Of a stretch of DNA of 20,000 nt, positions 9,215 to 20,000 are shown in pieces. Source of the DNA: Vermamoeba vermiformis (lineage: Eukaryota); NCBI GenBank assembly GCA_045837725.1, contig JBEWZL010000030.1, positions 481,307-501,306 of the forward strand. The letters run 5' to 3'. The stretch's first letter is position 1; every line of letters starts with the position of its first letter. Under the pieces are notes generated by a model that was given only the letters and a program-made list of their open reading frames with translations, did not search any database and was not told where the DNA came from. The translations under genes were made by a program, and so were the position numbers.

Positions 9215-12200
9215 TTATTTCGCTACTCGGAGACCAAAATTTTGTTTCTTTGCGGGTGGTTTGTGGATCTCGATATTTGCACTCGGATCCATTTGATCTA
9301 ACGACCGTTTTCGAGAATTAACAGCCAAGTTCTGTGGCGGGACGGCTTGGGGCTGTGGCACGGGTACTGCTATTGGCGTGGCTTGAACACCCAATGACGT
9401 TCTCAATGGGATGTTTTGTTGCGGCACGTTGATTGGTGCTTGTGTGGGCACTTGAATGGCAGGCTGCACGGCCATGTAACTGCGCGAGGCATTCGTGACA
9501 TTAGCTGGGACACCTGTCACTGGCTGCACGACGCGTGTCGTTTGATTGGGAACTGATGGCGCGTACGCAACTGTCGGCATGTGTGGCTTGGCAACGGCAA
9601 CAGGGACAGGTTGTTGCTGGTGCATTTGATTGATGACAGGTCTGCTGTTGTTATTGATTTGTTGTTGGGGCTGAGCTTGGACTTGTTGTTGTTGCTGCGG
9701 CTGAGACTGCTGTTGCACGTGTTGTGCTTGATTTGATTGGCTTTGAGGTGGTTGTTTTTGTGGCGTGGCTGTAGCCTCAGTCGTAGGTCTGAACAAAGAC
9801 TCGGCGTAAGTCAACGCACGTTTCTCGATTCGTTTGCAATTGAACTGTTTGAGTATATGATTCTCTTCGTAGTCTTCAAGAATCGTCCATGCATCAACAT
9901 TGTTCGGTAGTGTCGAAGAGGTGCTTGTTGGCTTCGCAACCACAGCTCCGGTGCTCGGAGCAGCCGTAGTGCCAGGGGCTGAAGTTGGCACTGTGGTCGG
10001 GGCAGCAGTGGACGCTGCCTCTGTTTGTCCTGTCAACAAGAACGGCATGATCTGTTCCATTCGTTGTTGCAAGGTCGGTGGCAACTTGGCCGTCCTCAAC
10101 AACTCTTGCAGTTTCTTCTTCAAAGGCGAGTTCAAGTTGTCCATTCTCAAGCCTCTCAAAGCTCTTCGGTTCGATGAGGCCATGTTCGCTGCAGATCCGC
10201 TGTCTTTCTCGCCCAAGAGACAGAAGAGCGTGAACAAGATCAAGTACCACAATTCAATGCCGTCAACTGCATTGACCTGGAGTGCCGGCACGAGCAGTAG
10301 GTTCGTTAATGTCGTAGCCAGCTCTTCTTGGTAGTTGTATGGGATCTGAACACCCTTCACGATCATCGCACCAACAAATCTCAATCGTAACACAATCTGT
10401 AGCCGCTGTCGCTTCAGTTTGATCGTGTCTTCTTCAGGCGACTACAAGACATTGTTATTAAGAGCCATATATAAACATCAAACAATGAGACTTACGCTTA
10501 ATCTCTCGCCAATCTGCTTCAATTGGACTTGCACAGATTTGATGAATGACACGCGAAGTTCATTAGGCACTTCAGTCAAGGACGACAACACAACTTGCAA
10601 GATCTCCGTGAATAAGTTATAGCTGTCCGTGGCTTGTGAGTACTGCGGGTCAATGGACTTGTCAACCTCGTACCTAAAATGAAATCACGAGTTAATAGGA
10701 GTATCGCTATAGGGCGCAAAAGTAACGCAAACTTACGAGAACAGACGGATCGTTTCGGTCAAAGTACTTGTGCCGTTCAACAGGTCCGTGCTTTCAAACA
10801 ACTTTTGCGTGTAGTTGACAATCTCTTTGTGCACTTCAATGCCTAGTATAGCGACAAGACGTTGCAGGATACTTCCGAAGCTGACATCGTAAGCGAGCCC
10901 GTTGGTCAGTTGATTAAAGATGAGCTTCACGAGCACGGGCTCAGAGTTGAAAGTGTCGCCGTCCCAATTGATCACTTGTCGCTTATTTGATTTCAAGAGC
11001 CACCATAACTCGTCCATGAGCAATCTAATCTCGAGCCAAGCGCGGTTAAGTGACCACGTGTTCGTGTTGCTGAGAACTCTTTGCATCATTTTGACGACCT
11101 CCGACAAGTCAATCTTTTCCATCACGTGCAGCTTCAAGAACGAAGTCTCGTTTGGTGATAAGATGTGGAAAACAATGCGACAGCCAGTGGGATCACGAAG
11201 GGTCTTCAACTTCTCGTATAAGTTCGTTGTGTCTTCCAAGCAGATCTGCGCAACGAAGGTGTTGTCCAAGGCAAAATTTTCCATTTCTTTCTTGACAGCA
11301 TCAATCACGGTCTCTTTTTCAGCTGAGGTAAGCACGCTCAATGCAGTGTTGTGCACGGGGTGAGTGCTCGAGTACTCCTCGTTGAAGATCACTTCGCTCT
11401 TGTACACGTACAACAACAATCCAAAGGCCAGTTCTAACGATAAGGACGACGCGGACAGTCTCAAAGAACTCAATTCCTAGACGAAGGAGTCATTAAATAT
11501 ACTACAATATAACGGGCAAAAGTGACTTACGTGTGCCGAAAACACGCCCAACTGTGCAAAGGCAGGTTCGTCTAACAGCAACAGTTTGACAATATTGACT
11601 TGGACAGGTGTCAATTGTGTCGCCCTGGGTGACTGTTCGATTTCTTGAAGGACTGGCAACGCAATGTTCGTGTAGAATTGTTCGAGACCAACGAAATTGA
11701 TGAGCACGAGACCGAACCAAAAGCTGACCATGGCGCGGTAAGTCTCGCTCCATTGCTCAGTTTTCAAGAACGAAATCGATTGGTCCTTCAAGCACGTGTA
11801 AGCATTGGTGTCACTATCACCGAAGAGTCCTTGTGCTCGTAACTCCAATACCAATCTTTGATAGATTGACAACTGTTTTTGTGCCAGTGATTTGCTGCAA
11901 TTAAATTAGTAAGGGTTTTCATATTATAGTAGGACATATATTATAAGTTACCTTGTGAGGGCAGGCCAATCTTTCGTGTACTGAGTAAAAGCTGCAACGA
12001 CCACTTTGTAGCTGTTGTCAGATCCAGCCAAAGATGACTTAAATTCGGCTAAGACTTCATCAAAGACCTTATTCATTGTTGCACTATCCTCGTTGCCTTC
12101 AACTAATAGTGACAACTTCGCAACCTGATCCACAACTGAGCTGTCGGGTTGGATCTGGATCTGCGAGTCCGAAGCATTTTGCTTCGATACCTAGAGTAAC

Positions 12201-15200
12201 GTTATTCAGTTAATATGGCATCTCTATTATAATGGTAGTGACTGACCTCTGCTAGCTTCCTCTTAAGTTTGTCGTTCAATTTGGCCTTGCTGATCCATTG
12301 TTTAACGCCCACAAGTGTGCCGTACCGCTTGATAAACGAGCACAAATAATTCGTAACTTTTTCTTCTAAACCAGCACCCAAGTTTTCATCATACTGTAAC
12401 GTACAGTTAGTACTATAGTAATGCATTTATATAGACGTACCTTATTATGCAACTGTTGCAATAGTTCGTTGGTTCCATCGGTCCAAAAGAACAGAAATTC
12501 GTATTTTTGTACAAAATATAATACATTCGCATTTCCGTTGTTGAAGTAGCTCTGCAACAATCGCATAATGATGTGACTTATTGACCCTAAGTCATTTGAT
12601 ATCTCCAAAATATAAAACACTTGCAGGATATAATAATCGCTGCCTTTCCAGTACCTCCTGTACAAAAGAAAAAAAAATTAAAAAAAATTGCAAAAAAATT
12701 CAAAAATTATCTTATTACCATTTATGCTTCTCGAATTGCTCCTTAAAGTGCTCTATAATTCTTTCTCCGAAGTAGCATTGATAATAAAACGGTTGAGTCT
12801 TCAAAAAGTCGACTAACGCATCCATGCTCGAACCGTTTGCTTGTAATGGATTATCGCTCGTAAGACTCGTCAAATAGTCTTTGAGCATTTGTTTTCCGCT
12901 ATGTACAATTTCTTGGTCATTCTTAATACAAATATTAGCTTGCGATCCGGATGCATCCGCTACACGCCGGAAAAATATCTCTTGAATTCTAAATATTATT
13001 ACCTTAATACCAAGTGAACTTAATGACGTCCTTCGTTGATTTCTTTCATGCTTGCATTCTCCGAAAATGGGGAATTGCAGTAAAAAGTTTCGGTGCTAAA
13101 TGAATCGCGTTAGTTAGCATTCAACTCTTAAATTGAGCTTTAAATAAGGTGTAAAGGATACTTACTAGATGATTATCACTTCTATCAATTAATCCTCGCG
13201 AGATCAGGCTCCGGACGTAGTTATCATGAGAGAAAACGTTGGCGCGAATTAACTCGCCAAACAATAATACAACTTGTGTCTCGGCTGTAAATAAAATCAA
13301 TTAGTAGCCAAATTAATAGGACAGTCATGATAATAAAACATACAGTGACCGTTAAAAGTTCCGGCATCCAAGAACGACGAAAGATGATCTTGCAGCGATA
13401 CATTTGAGCCCTAAAATATGGTTAATATACTATCGCAGTCCGTATCGTAAAGCATCACAAATCAAATCAAAATAATACTTCGAAATTTCAATAATTAAAA
13501 AGTGATTTGTAACGACTTGCCTCTTGAGCACACAGATCAGCTTTCAATCGTCGAATCAATGAGACGGTTATATATACACGGTACATCTCATTCTTCGACT
13601 GGCAGGTCGTTCCCCACTCGCACAACAAATGCACGTTTTCCTCGCGCTTCTCCTGCGATCCAGATGTGAGTTCCTCATACAATATCAACCCAGATGGTAC
13701 TTACTGGTAATGGTAGCTCGGAGAATAGGTGTTTATAAATATACTCGATGTCTTTTGTCCTTGACAAATTCTCCAAAGTCTGTGCAACGATTCGTAAATA
13801 CGGATCCGTTTCAAAAATTCTTAGAGAACAAAACTTACCTCTATTAAGTTCGACCTAGATGTCGTCGGTGGGTTGATAAACTGTTCGACAGTATTCAATC
13901 TTTGACGCAATTGCGCGAGGTTTTGGATGCAGATCTCATCCGTGTCTGATAATTGAAACAACTACAAAAAAATTAGAATTAGTACTACGCGGTAATAAAA
14001 ATTCATTTGTACTTACCGAAGATCCATTGTTCGATTTTACAATAGCTTTGCTGCTATCACTTTCATTGTTAGAACGTTCCAATGCGCGTTCTATAACAGA
14101 CAAAATGTCGGTGCCAGCAGGAATGAGCAGATCCGGCTCAAAAATCAAAGCTGCTCTGAGGATGGTGACTAGATTGCTATGGAACTTCACTTCGATCGCG
14201 TAGTTCGTTGGATCCGGAACAAAAGTGCCCGAAACATAGTTGCTCTGGTACAACTGGATCCGACTGTTAGTATTCATACTGCACTATGATAATGATATTA
14301 TACGTACTTGGAATAGTCTAGTGTGACAAAAATCTAATAATCTGCTTGCAACTGCTTGTTTGGGCAAAATGTCGTCGAGGTACTGCAACAGAACGGACAA
14401 AATTAAGCACTGGTTATCGACCTTATTCGATTTTTGCAGCTCTTCTAATAGCGCATTAAACAGCGCGTCCTTGTCGATTAGTCCTTCTTTGTAAGTCCAA
14501 TGCAAAAGTCGGATCACGTAGCTCATTTTTTGCTTTCGCTTCTCGGAAGTTAATGCTGCATTATTTGCACCCATACTGTCTGGACCAGTCTTCTTGAGTC
14601 CTGTTTTGACGTAGAACTCGCGCACTTGCTTGATAATATTATTGACCAAAATTGTCGTCCAGTTAGTGGATGCAGTGTCTTTTTGCGTTGACTTTGGTGT
14701 GCCTTGCGATATTGAATAGTAGTTGTTCAAATATGAGATCTTAATGTACCACGTCGCTCGCACGAGTGGAATTCGTTGTTCCGCCAGCACCATAATTAGC
14801 GATTCTCCTTTAGGTCTATTAAACAAACAATCAGTACGAGAAAGAATTGCAAAAATAAATATATATAATTATGACGCGTATTAATATTATTATGTTAACT
14901 AATCGATTCACATTTGCTCGTGCGTGTTACGACCACAAGAATTTTTTTTCAATTAAATATGGATAATTCAGCAATAGTGTAATAGGCTATAAAAGCATTA
15001 TAATCCTATTATAATCATATTACGCACCCTTGCGGCACTTTGAGAGCCAAAACGCTCAATCGTTCATCAGGCTTGGCTAATTTATCAAAGAAGGTCTTCT
15101 TTGTGCTATCAGTAGACGCAACTTGCTCCGGAAAAAATAATTTTCGTTTCATGAGCGGTGCGCCAGCCGGTTTGGCCGCATCTTTGTTGTTCGCGCTTGC

Positions 15201-16285
15201 ATTTCCCTAAAAAGGAAATGAGAAAATTCGAATAATGCCGTGAGTCATTTAGCAGCCGATAAGAATAGGAATTGCCAAATATAATACGATGATCTGGCGT
15301 CATTATTAAAGTAATACTATTATTACATAAATAATTCATGAACGTTAACGGCGTTGCACTTTGCCGAAAATAAAAAAAATAAAATAAACAATGCAATTTT
15401 GAGACTAGAGTAAATACCTTTCTAGTATTCTCCTTCTTCCACGTTAAATTGGTCATAGTGTTCCAGATTTTATCGGCAGCTTTTTTGGCGATCTCGCAGT
15501 ATTCAGTGCGAGCAGATCCGTATTCGTCAGCCTTAATAGGTAAAATTAGTGCCCAAAGTAGTTGAAAAAGAATAAATCGCTGTCATATGTGTATTTAATC
15601 ATAATATCGGATTTTCGGAACTGTTTCTTAAAAAGGTATTGTCAGAAGTATGACATTTGTAAGTAAATCCGAGCGAGGATATTAAAATGAAATTAAAATG
15701 ACCGGGATCGGTATACGTGCCCGATTCATATTATTTAAGATCGTTTGTAAATTTAAAAATTACCGTGATTTGAAGAAAATGATTTTTCAATTTTTAGATT
15801 TGGTTTAGGGAGTTGAATAGCACTTACATCACTCACATATTTGGCTTCTTTGAACCCATGTTCAATAGTTTGTCCAGTAAGCACTTCTTCGGGTGCGTAC
15901 CGCGTGCACGGGAAGAAATCCGGCACACCCAAGGATTGATTCAGTGGATCTTTATCGGGACGCTTGAGCTCGTATTTTTCGTAATTCTGTTGAGCATATG
16001 AATTTGGAGGATAATAAGATGAATGTGAATGCATGTCTTGATTGTAATTATTGCTTTCTTCCCATCCACGACCTGGTGGCCGCGCAGGTGGGCGCGATTG
16101 ATTTGGATAATTGCGTGGTGGATATGCTGCTTTCGGTTTAGGTGCTTCCGGTTTTCGGCCTATATAATCATTTTAATTAATCGTGAGTTTGTGAAAGCGG
16201 ATTAACCCTTTAAAAATTATTATTGCTATTCAAAATAATAATTATTACCTTTCGGCGGGTCTTTAGGTAGTCTATTCATTGACAT
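9215..16285 (-). CDS. MED12: Mediator complex kinase-module subunit 12 (MED12/Srb8), multi-exon
   Basis: The N-terminal LGVPDFFP..PEEVLT..IEHGFKE and FFDKLAKPDERLSVLALKVPQG|PKGESLIMVLAEQRIPLVRATWYIKISYLN match the Med12 domain. Helical exons follow through the minus-strand ORFs from 14826 to 10393, ending in a Q/P-rich C-terminus with a KRS..KPPAKK NLS-like motif. The first ATG is at 16285 with a phase-consistent first intron. Not every internal exon boundary was verified. Confidence 0.9.
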
Positions 16286-17025
16286 AATATATTACAAATA
16301 TTGATTCTACAATTAATAATATTGGCTATTGGTGAATAAAAATAATACACAAAGTGAAAAAAAACGATCCGAAAACACTACATCCGTCACATTCGATAGA
16401 AGTGAAACAATCACAATAAATAAATATGATCTCTAATAAGAGAAGTGGTTGATTATCGTTAGCGCTGCTAAAAAGTGCTAAAATGCAAGCGTGCAACAAA
16501 ACGGAAACTCCGCCATTTTTGTCAGATCAAAGAACACAAACACAATGTCATATAACACGGACCCCTTTAGATGATACAAGTAAGGTAGGTTGCTTTCAAA
16601 AGATTAAGCTGACGAAAATGGATCCGCGCCAAGATGGCCACTAGCGACCTTTTATTGAATTTTCGAACTAATATTAATTGTGACGTTATTGAGCTTATTA
16701 AATTTGCCTTTATCTTCGTACTACTGCAAAAAATTCAATTTACGAGTGTGATACGAACCGTGCTGTTTCCTTGTGTTTATTCTTCACGCTTTCAAAATCA
16801 GTGCAAATTAAAATTTTTAGTAGTAACCACGCCAGGAGGCGTGTCAATACTCGATATATTTTTTTGAGCGAAAATAGTGAGATTAGGCGTTAGGCACGTA
16901 GCAAATAATTGTATCTCGAAGTTTTCTCAATATTCTCGACAGGATCAGGTAAAGGCACAAATTAATTAAATAATTAAATAATATTATTAAGAGATCATAG
17001 TGTATCTTCTGATTTTTTTTGCCAG

Positions 17026-18260
17026 ATGGAAACCTCAGACGTATCTACTGCAGTTGCATTGGTATTCTTTACCCAAGAACGGTTTATAATAGTTCTAACG
17101 TTAATTTTGTAGGCCTTTGCCATCAGTAAAGAAACTAGCTTGACTATAGCGAGTTCAGCCATCTCTAAGCTGGCACAATTTTCAATAGAACTTTACGTTT
17201 CGTTGCTGGATCACCGAGGCTCTCCACTTTGGCCTCGAATATTCAGTATGTTAAGTTTATTCATATTACTGTGTATTTTATAATGAATTCTTCCTTTAGT
17301 GACGTTCAAGTACTTTTTCAGTTCGCTAAAAAATCGGCGACGGATCAGCTCGAAGGAACTAGCAACTAAAATGGCCTTTGTGAAGCCTTTCATCCACGAG
17401 CTGAATTTACGCGACATAATGGACAGAGAAGGGTTTATTAGAACGGCACTACTGTTAGGTGCACCCTACGATCCACAACAACTTTGCGGCAAAATTATTC
17501 TCGCGAATACCAAATTGTCAAAAAAGCGAAAAGAGAAGTTAGTCGATTGGCTTCTCGCCAACAACTTTCTAAATAAGGACATGCAGCCGTTGAGCGTCTC
17601 TGACTATGGCTCATACATAAAGAAAGGCTATTACGAACACGTGCAAATCTTTATGTCTCGATTCCCTAATTGGATCAATAGTACGTGCGTTGTAATGAAT
17701 TAATGATGGCCTTAGCGACTAATCAATGCGGTAATTTATTTTTCAGCATCCGACGACTACGGCACAGTATTGAGTAAATGTGTTCCTAAAATGAAAATGT
17801 TACTCAGATACATGAGCGATATTAAGAAACAGTTCGGAGCTAGAAAATTAATTGACTTGTTGGTTCACAGGTACGTTAAGGAGAAAATTTGAGCCCAATT
17901 ACCCGTTTTAATTATTATTTATTCATTTCTAGGATTAATAACTATTCTGCATTCTTGTTCATTGGTGATAGATTCAACTTTACTTGCTTCAGTCTTCACG
18001 CTCAGTTTATTGGATCTGGGATCAGGTGGCCAACGGGTAACAAAACGTTCAAGCCTAAAGGTAGCTTTATAATTAATATATGCTTAGAAATGGTCATTGC
18101 AATGATGGAGATTTATGCAAGCGACGACCTGGTCGAAAAGTATCTTCATTCGGGTCAGAAATCAATAGACATGTTGCTTTACCACATGTTTCCTCAGCAT
18201 CGAGAAATACTTTGTCCGAAAGTAGACGCTAAACGGCATGCATTAAGAAGGATATCTTAA
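17026..18260 (+). CDS. Uncharacterised spliced gene (~333 aa), weakly ankyrin-repeat-like, with its 3' end supplied by the adjacent transposon. Exons: 17026-17061, 17113-17245, 17300-17680, 17747-17870, 17933-18260
   Basis: Four phase-consistent GT-AG introns. The segment YIKKGYYEHVQIFMSRFPNWINTSDDYGTVL resembles an ankyrin repeat. The final codons RRIS* lie inside the transposon TIR. Confidence 0.65.
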
Positions 18261-20000
18261 CTGATCGGCTAAGTTATCCCACCAAATTTCTCGCAGCAAA
18301 TTTATTTGATTTAATTAACGTTTGAATATTTATTTATACTATAATTATCACGAGCCTAACGTCTATAATATATATTAACTAAATTTGAAACTATGCCGTT
18401 CTTTGTTTCTTCGGTTTAGAATTTTTACGCGAGATCTTGCGACCTCGCTTCCTCTTCAGCGGTGCTGGAGGTACCACTTCTGTTGTCATATTTTGATCAG
18501 TCTCATCTTCTTCAACAGAAGTATTACTTGAGCTTGAATAGTCACTGTCATCATCAAACTCTAGCTTTGATGCGGCGAACTTAGAAGAAATTTTGTTAGA
18601 TTATCCATCGATGCTCCGCTAAATAAGCAAGAAGGGTGTGATTCAGTACTTGAAGGCAACAATTAAGATATATGCTTATTATAGATTTATACACCCGAAT
18701 GATTTGCACCATTGCTGCAGCGAAAAAAATCTAAGAATCTAAACTTACTGATTCATCGTTCTTTTTCTGCTTTGGTATCTCAGCAATGGGGCCCACCCAC
18801 TCAGTAGGAAAATGAGTAGGATCATGCTTATGCTGCCTTGCCAAATTCGTGACAGCAGCAGCAAATCGAACAATGCTACTGAACCATTTGCGCTCGTGCC
18901 GATACTTGTGCAAAAACATACTGAAAAGTCTGCTGATTTCGCCGATCTCATCTTCAATAGGGCGCCTAACAGTTTCGATATTACTATTGATGAGCTTGTC
19001 TTCTTCAGTGAACACAGCGTTCTTTTTGTGCTTCCGCTTTGGCAGCCAAGTGCCAACGACTTTATCGTTTTCGATGCCAGTGTAACCTTTGTCCAGCACA
19101 ATGACGTCATCAGGTGACAAATGGGGCGTTATCAGAGGCATTGCTTCACGTAGTCTATAGATATCATGATGCGAAGCTGGCTTTGCTTCGCTGACGAATA
19201 AAAAGTCCTTTCGCAGATCTGCCACGAAAGTAACTTTCATACCTATTCCAGATTACAGATTAGTAAAGAAGTGATAATATATATTAAATCGACTTATAAT
19301 TTAGTTATACTATTATACTAATTCAAAGTGAATTACTTACTCCATGCCTCGTTTTTTTCGCTCCAAAAACCTTGATCTCCATGCTTTGAGTCTCCACGCC
19401 TCTTTTCGACAAGAAAGTCCTTAGCATCGATTACTAGAGTAGTCTTTGCAAGAGGGACTGGTGTTTTCGGTATCCCGTGCGAATGAGTTCGGCGGTACTG
19501 ATCTCGATCCGCGAACGAGTTAAACTTGACAATTTCGTTTGAAAATACGTCAAGGTAGAGAACCATCTTCTCAATAAGCTTGTTCATATGTGAATGAGGA
19601 TAATTATATAGCTTCTCTGAAATTAAATTGTCAGTATTGAAATAATTGAAATTTGGATGCGTTCTTGACTTACCGATAACGAGCTCAGACTGGTACTCGA
19701 CCATCCAAAACAAAAATAGAGTGATCACTTTGTTGTTTGAGATGCGGCCATGAAACACAATATGCTTATTTTGTTTCATTGATCGCACAAAGTAATCGCG
19801 GATCAGATCTAATACTGGACTCCCGATCCGACTCTTTAGAATTTCTTTCATAAATGCATAGTTTCGAATCTTTATAGGCTCCATTGTGATAACATAAAAT
19901 AATAAAATTGTTCATTGCTAATTGCGATTGTGAAATTTGGTGGGATGAACTATCCCGGAAATTCAGTTAACTTATCTCAAAAAAAGTTAAGTTATCCTTC
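18247..20000. mobile_element. IS5/PIF-Harbinger-type (DDE_Tnp_4) DNA transposon, ~1.75 kb, bounded by imperfect TIRs; right end at or just beyond the window edge
   Basis: GAAGGATATCTTAACT (18247-18262) matches the reverse complement of 19985-20000 (GAAGGATAACTTAACT) at 15/16. The inner block ATCCCACCAAATTTC (18276-18290) matches 19932-19946 perfectly. The left flank ends in TTAA. The element encodes a DDE transposase. Confidence 0.85.
18601..19884 (-). CDS. DDE_Tnp_4-family transposase with a putative N-terminal HTH; introns at 19673-19617, 19340-19243 and probably 18748-18619
   Basis: Motifs LVIDAKD, FWSEK..WS|MKVTFVAD, PASHHDI, IVLDKGYTG and NSNIETVRRPIEDEIGEI correspond to the IDGT / K / HD / DxGY / RxxVE pattern of IS5/Harbinger transposases. 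The 3' end is uncertain because of an in-frame TAA at 18601-18603. Confidence 0.88.

Noticed and set aside
9600-9790. CAA/CAG-rich repeats
   Set aside because: They encode the Q-rich MED12 C-terminus, which is ordinary for this family; not a separate repeat array or CRISPR.
9894-11842. Overlapping alternative-frame and antisense ORFs
   Set aside because: Shadows of long, GC-richer MED12 exons.
16510-16639. YY1-like motifs CCGCCATTTT and CAAGATGGCC in the divergent promoter region
   Set aside because: The motifs are short and there is no evidence that the cognate factor exists in this organism.
17026-18260. Upstream + strand gene as the Myb/SANT partner ORF of a Harbinger element
   Set aside because: It lies outside the TIR at 18247 and shows no Trp-spaced Myb/SANT pattern.
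1556-18603. Alternative genetic code (TAA reassignment) as an explanation of the in-frame TAA in the transposase tail
   Set aside because: UBC7 and MED12 terminate at TAA, TRM6 at TGA and the surface gene at TAG, and the long exons lack internal stops. The standard code fits.

Overview
Eukaryotic nuclear DNA from a compact, intron-rich protist-type genome (GT-AG introns mostly about 50-100 nt, CTAAY-type branch points, standard genetic code); an amoebozoan origin is only a guess. In order: the 3' part of TRM6/GCD10 (tRNA m1A58 methyltransferase subunit), with a tRNA-Leu(AAG) gene nested in an enlarged intron and bracketed by complementary arms; a Ser/Pro-rich unknown gene; a UBC7/UBE2G ubiquitin E2; a decayed FG-rich fragment; and a complete gene for a protein with a signal peptide and GPI-type tail. 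Next is a ~1.8 kb CACTA-ended non-autonomous element with degenerate TIRs. It contains a multi-intron, ORF-poor transcript ending in a 37-bp pre-miRNA-like hairpin. It is followed by a pseudogene fragment paralogous to the surface gene, a ~7 kb multi-exon MED12, and an unknown, possibly ankyrin-like gene. The last exon of that gene is hit by a ~1.75 kb TIR-bounded, intron-containing IS5/PIF-Harbinger-type (DDE_Tnp_4) transposon that runs to the window edge. All calls come from manual reading; no searches or folding programs were run.
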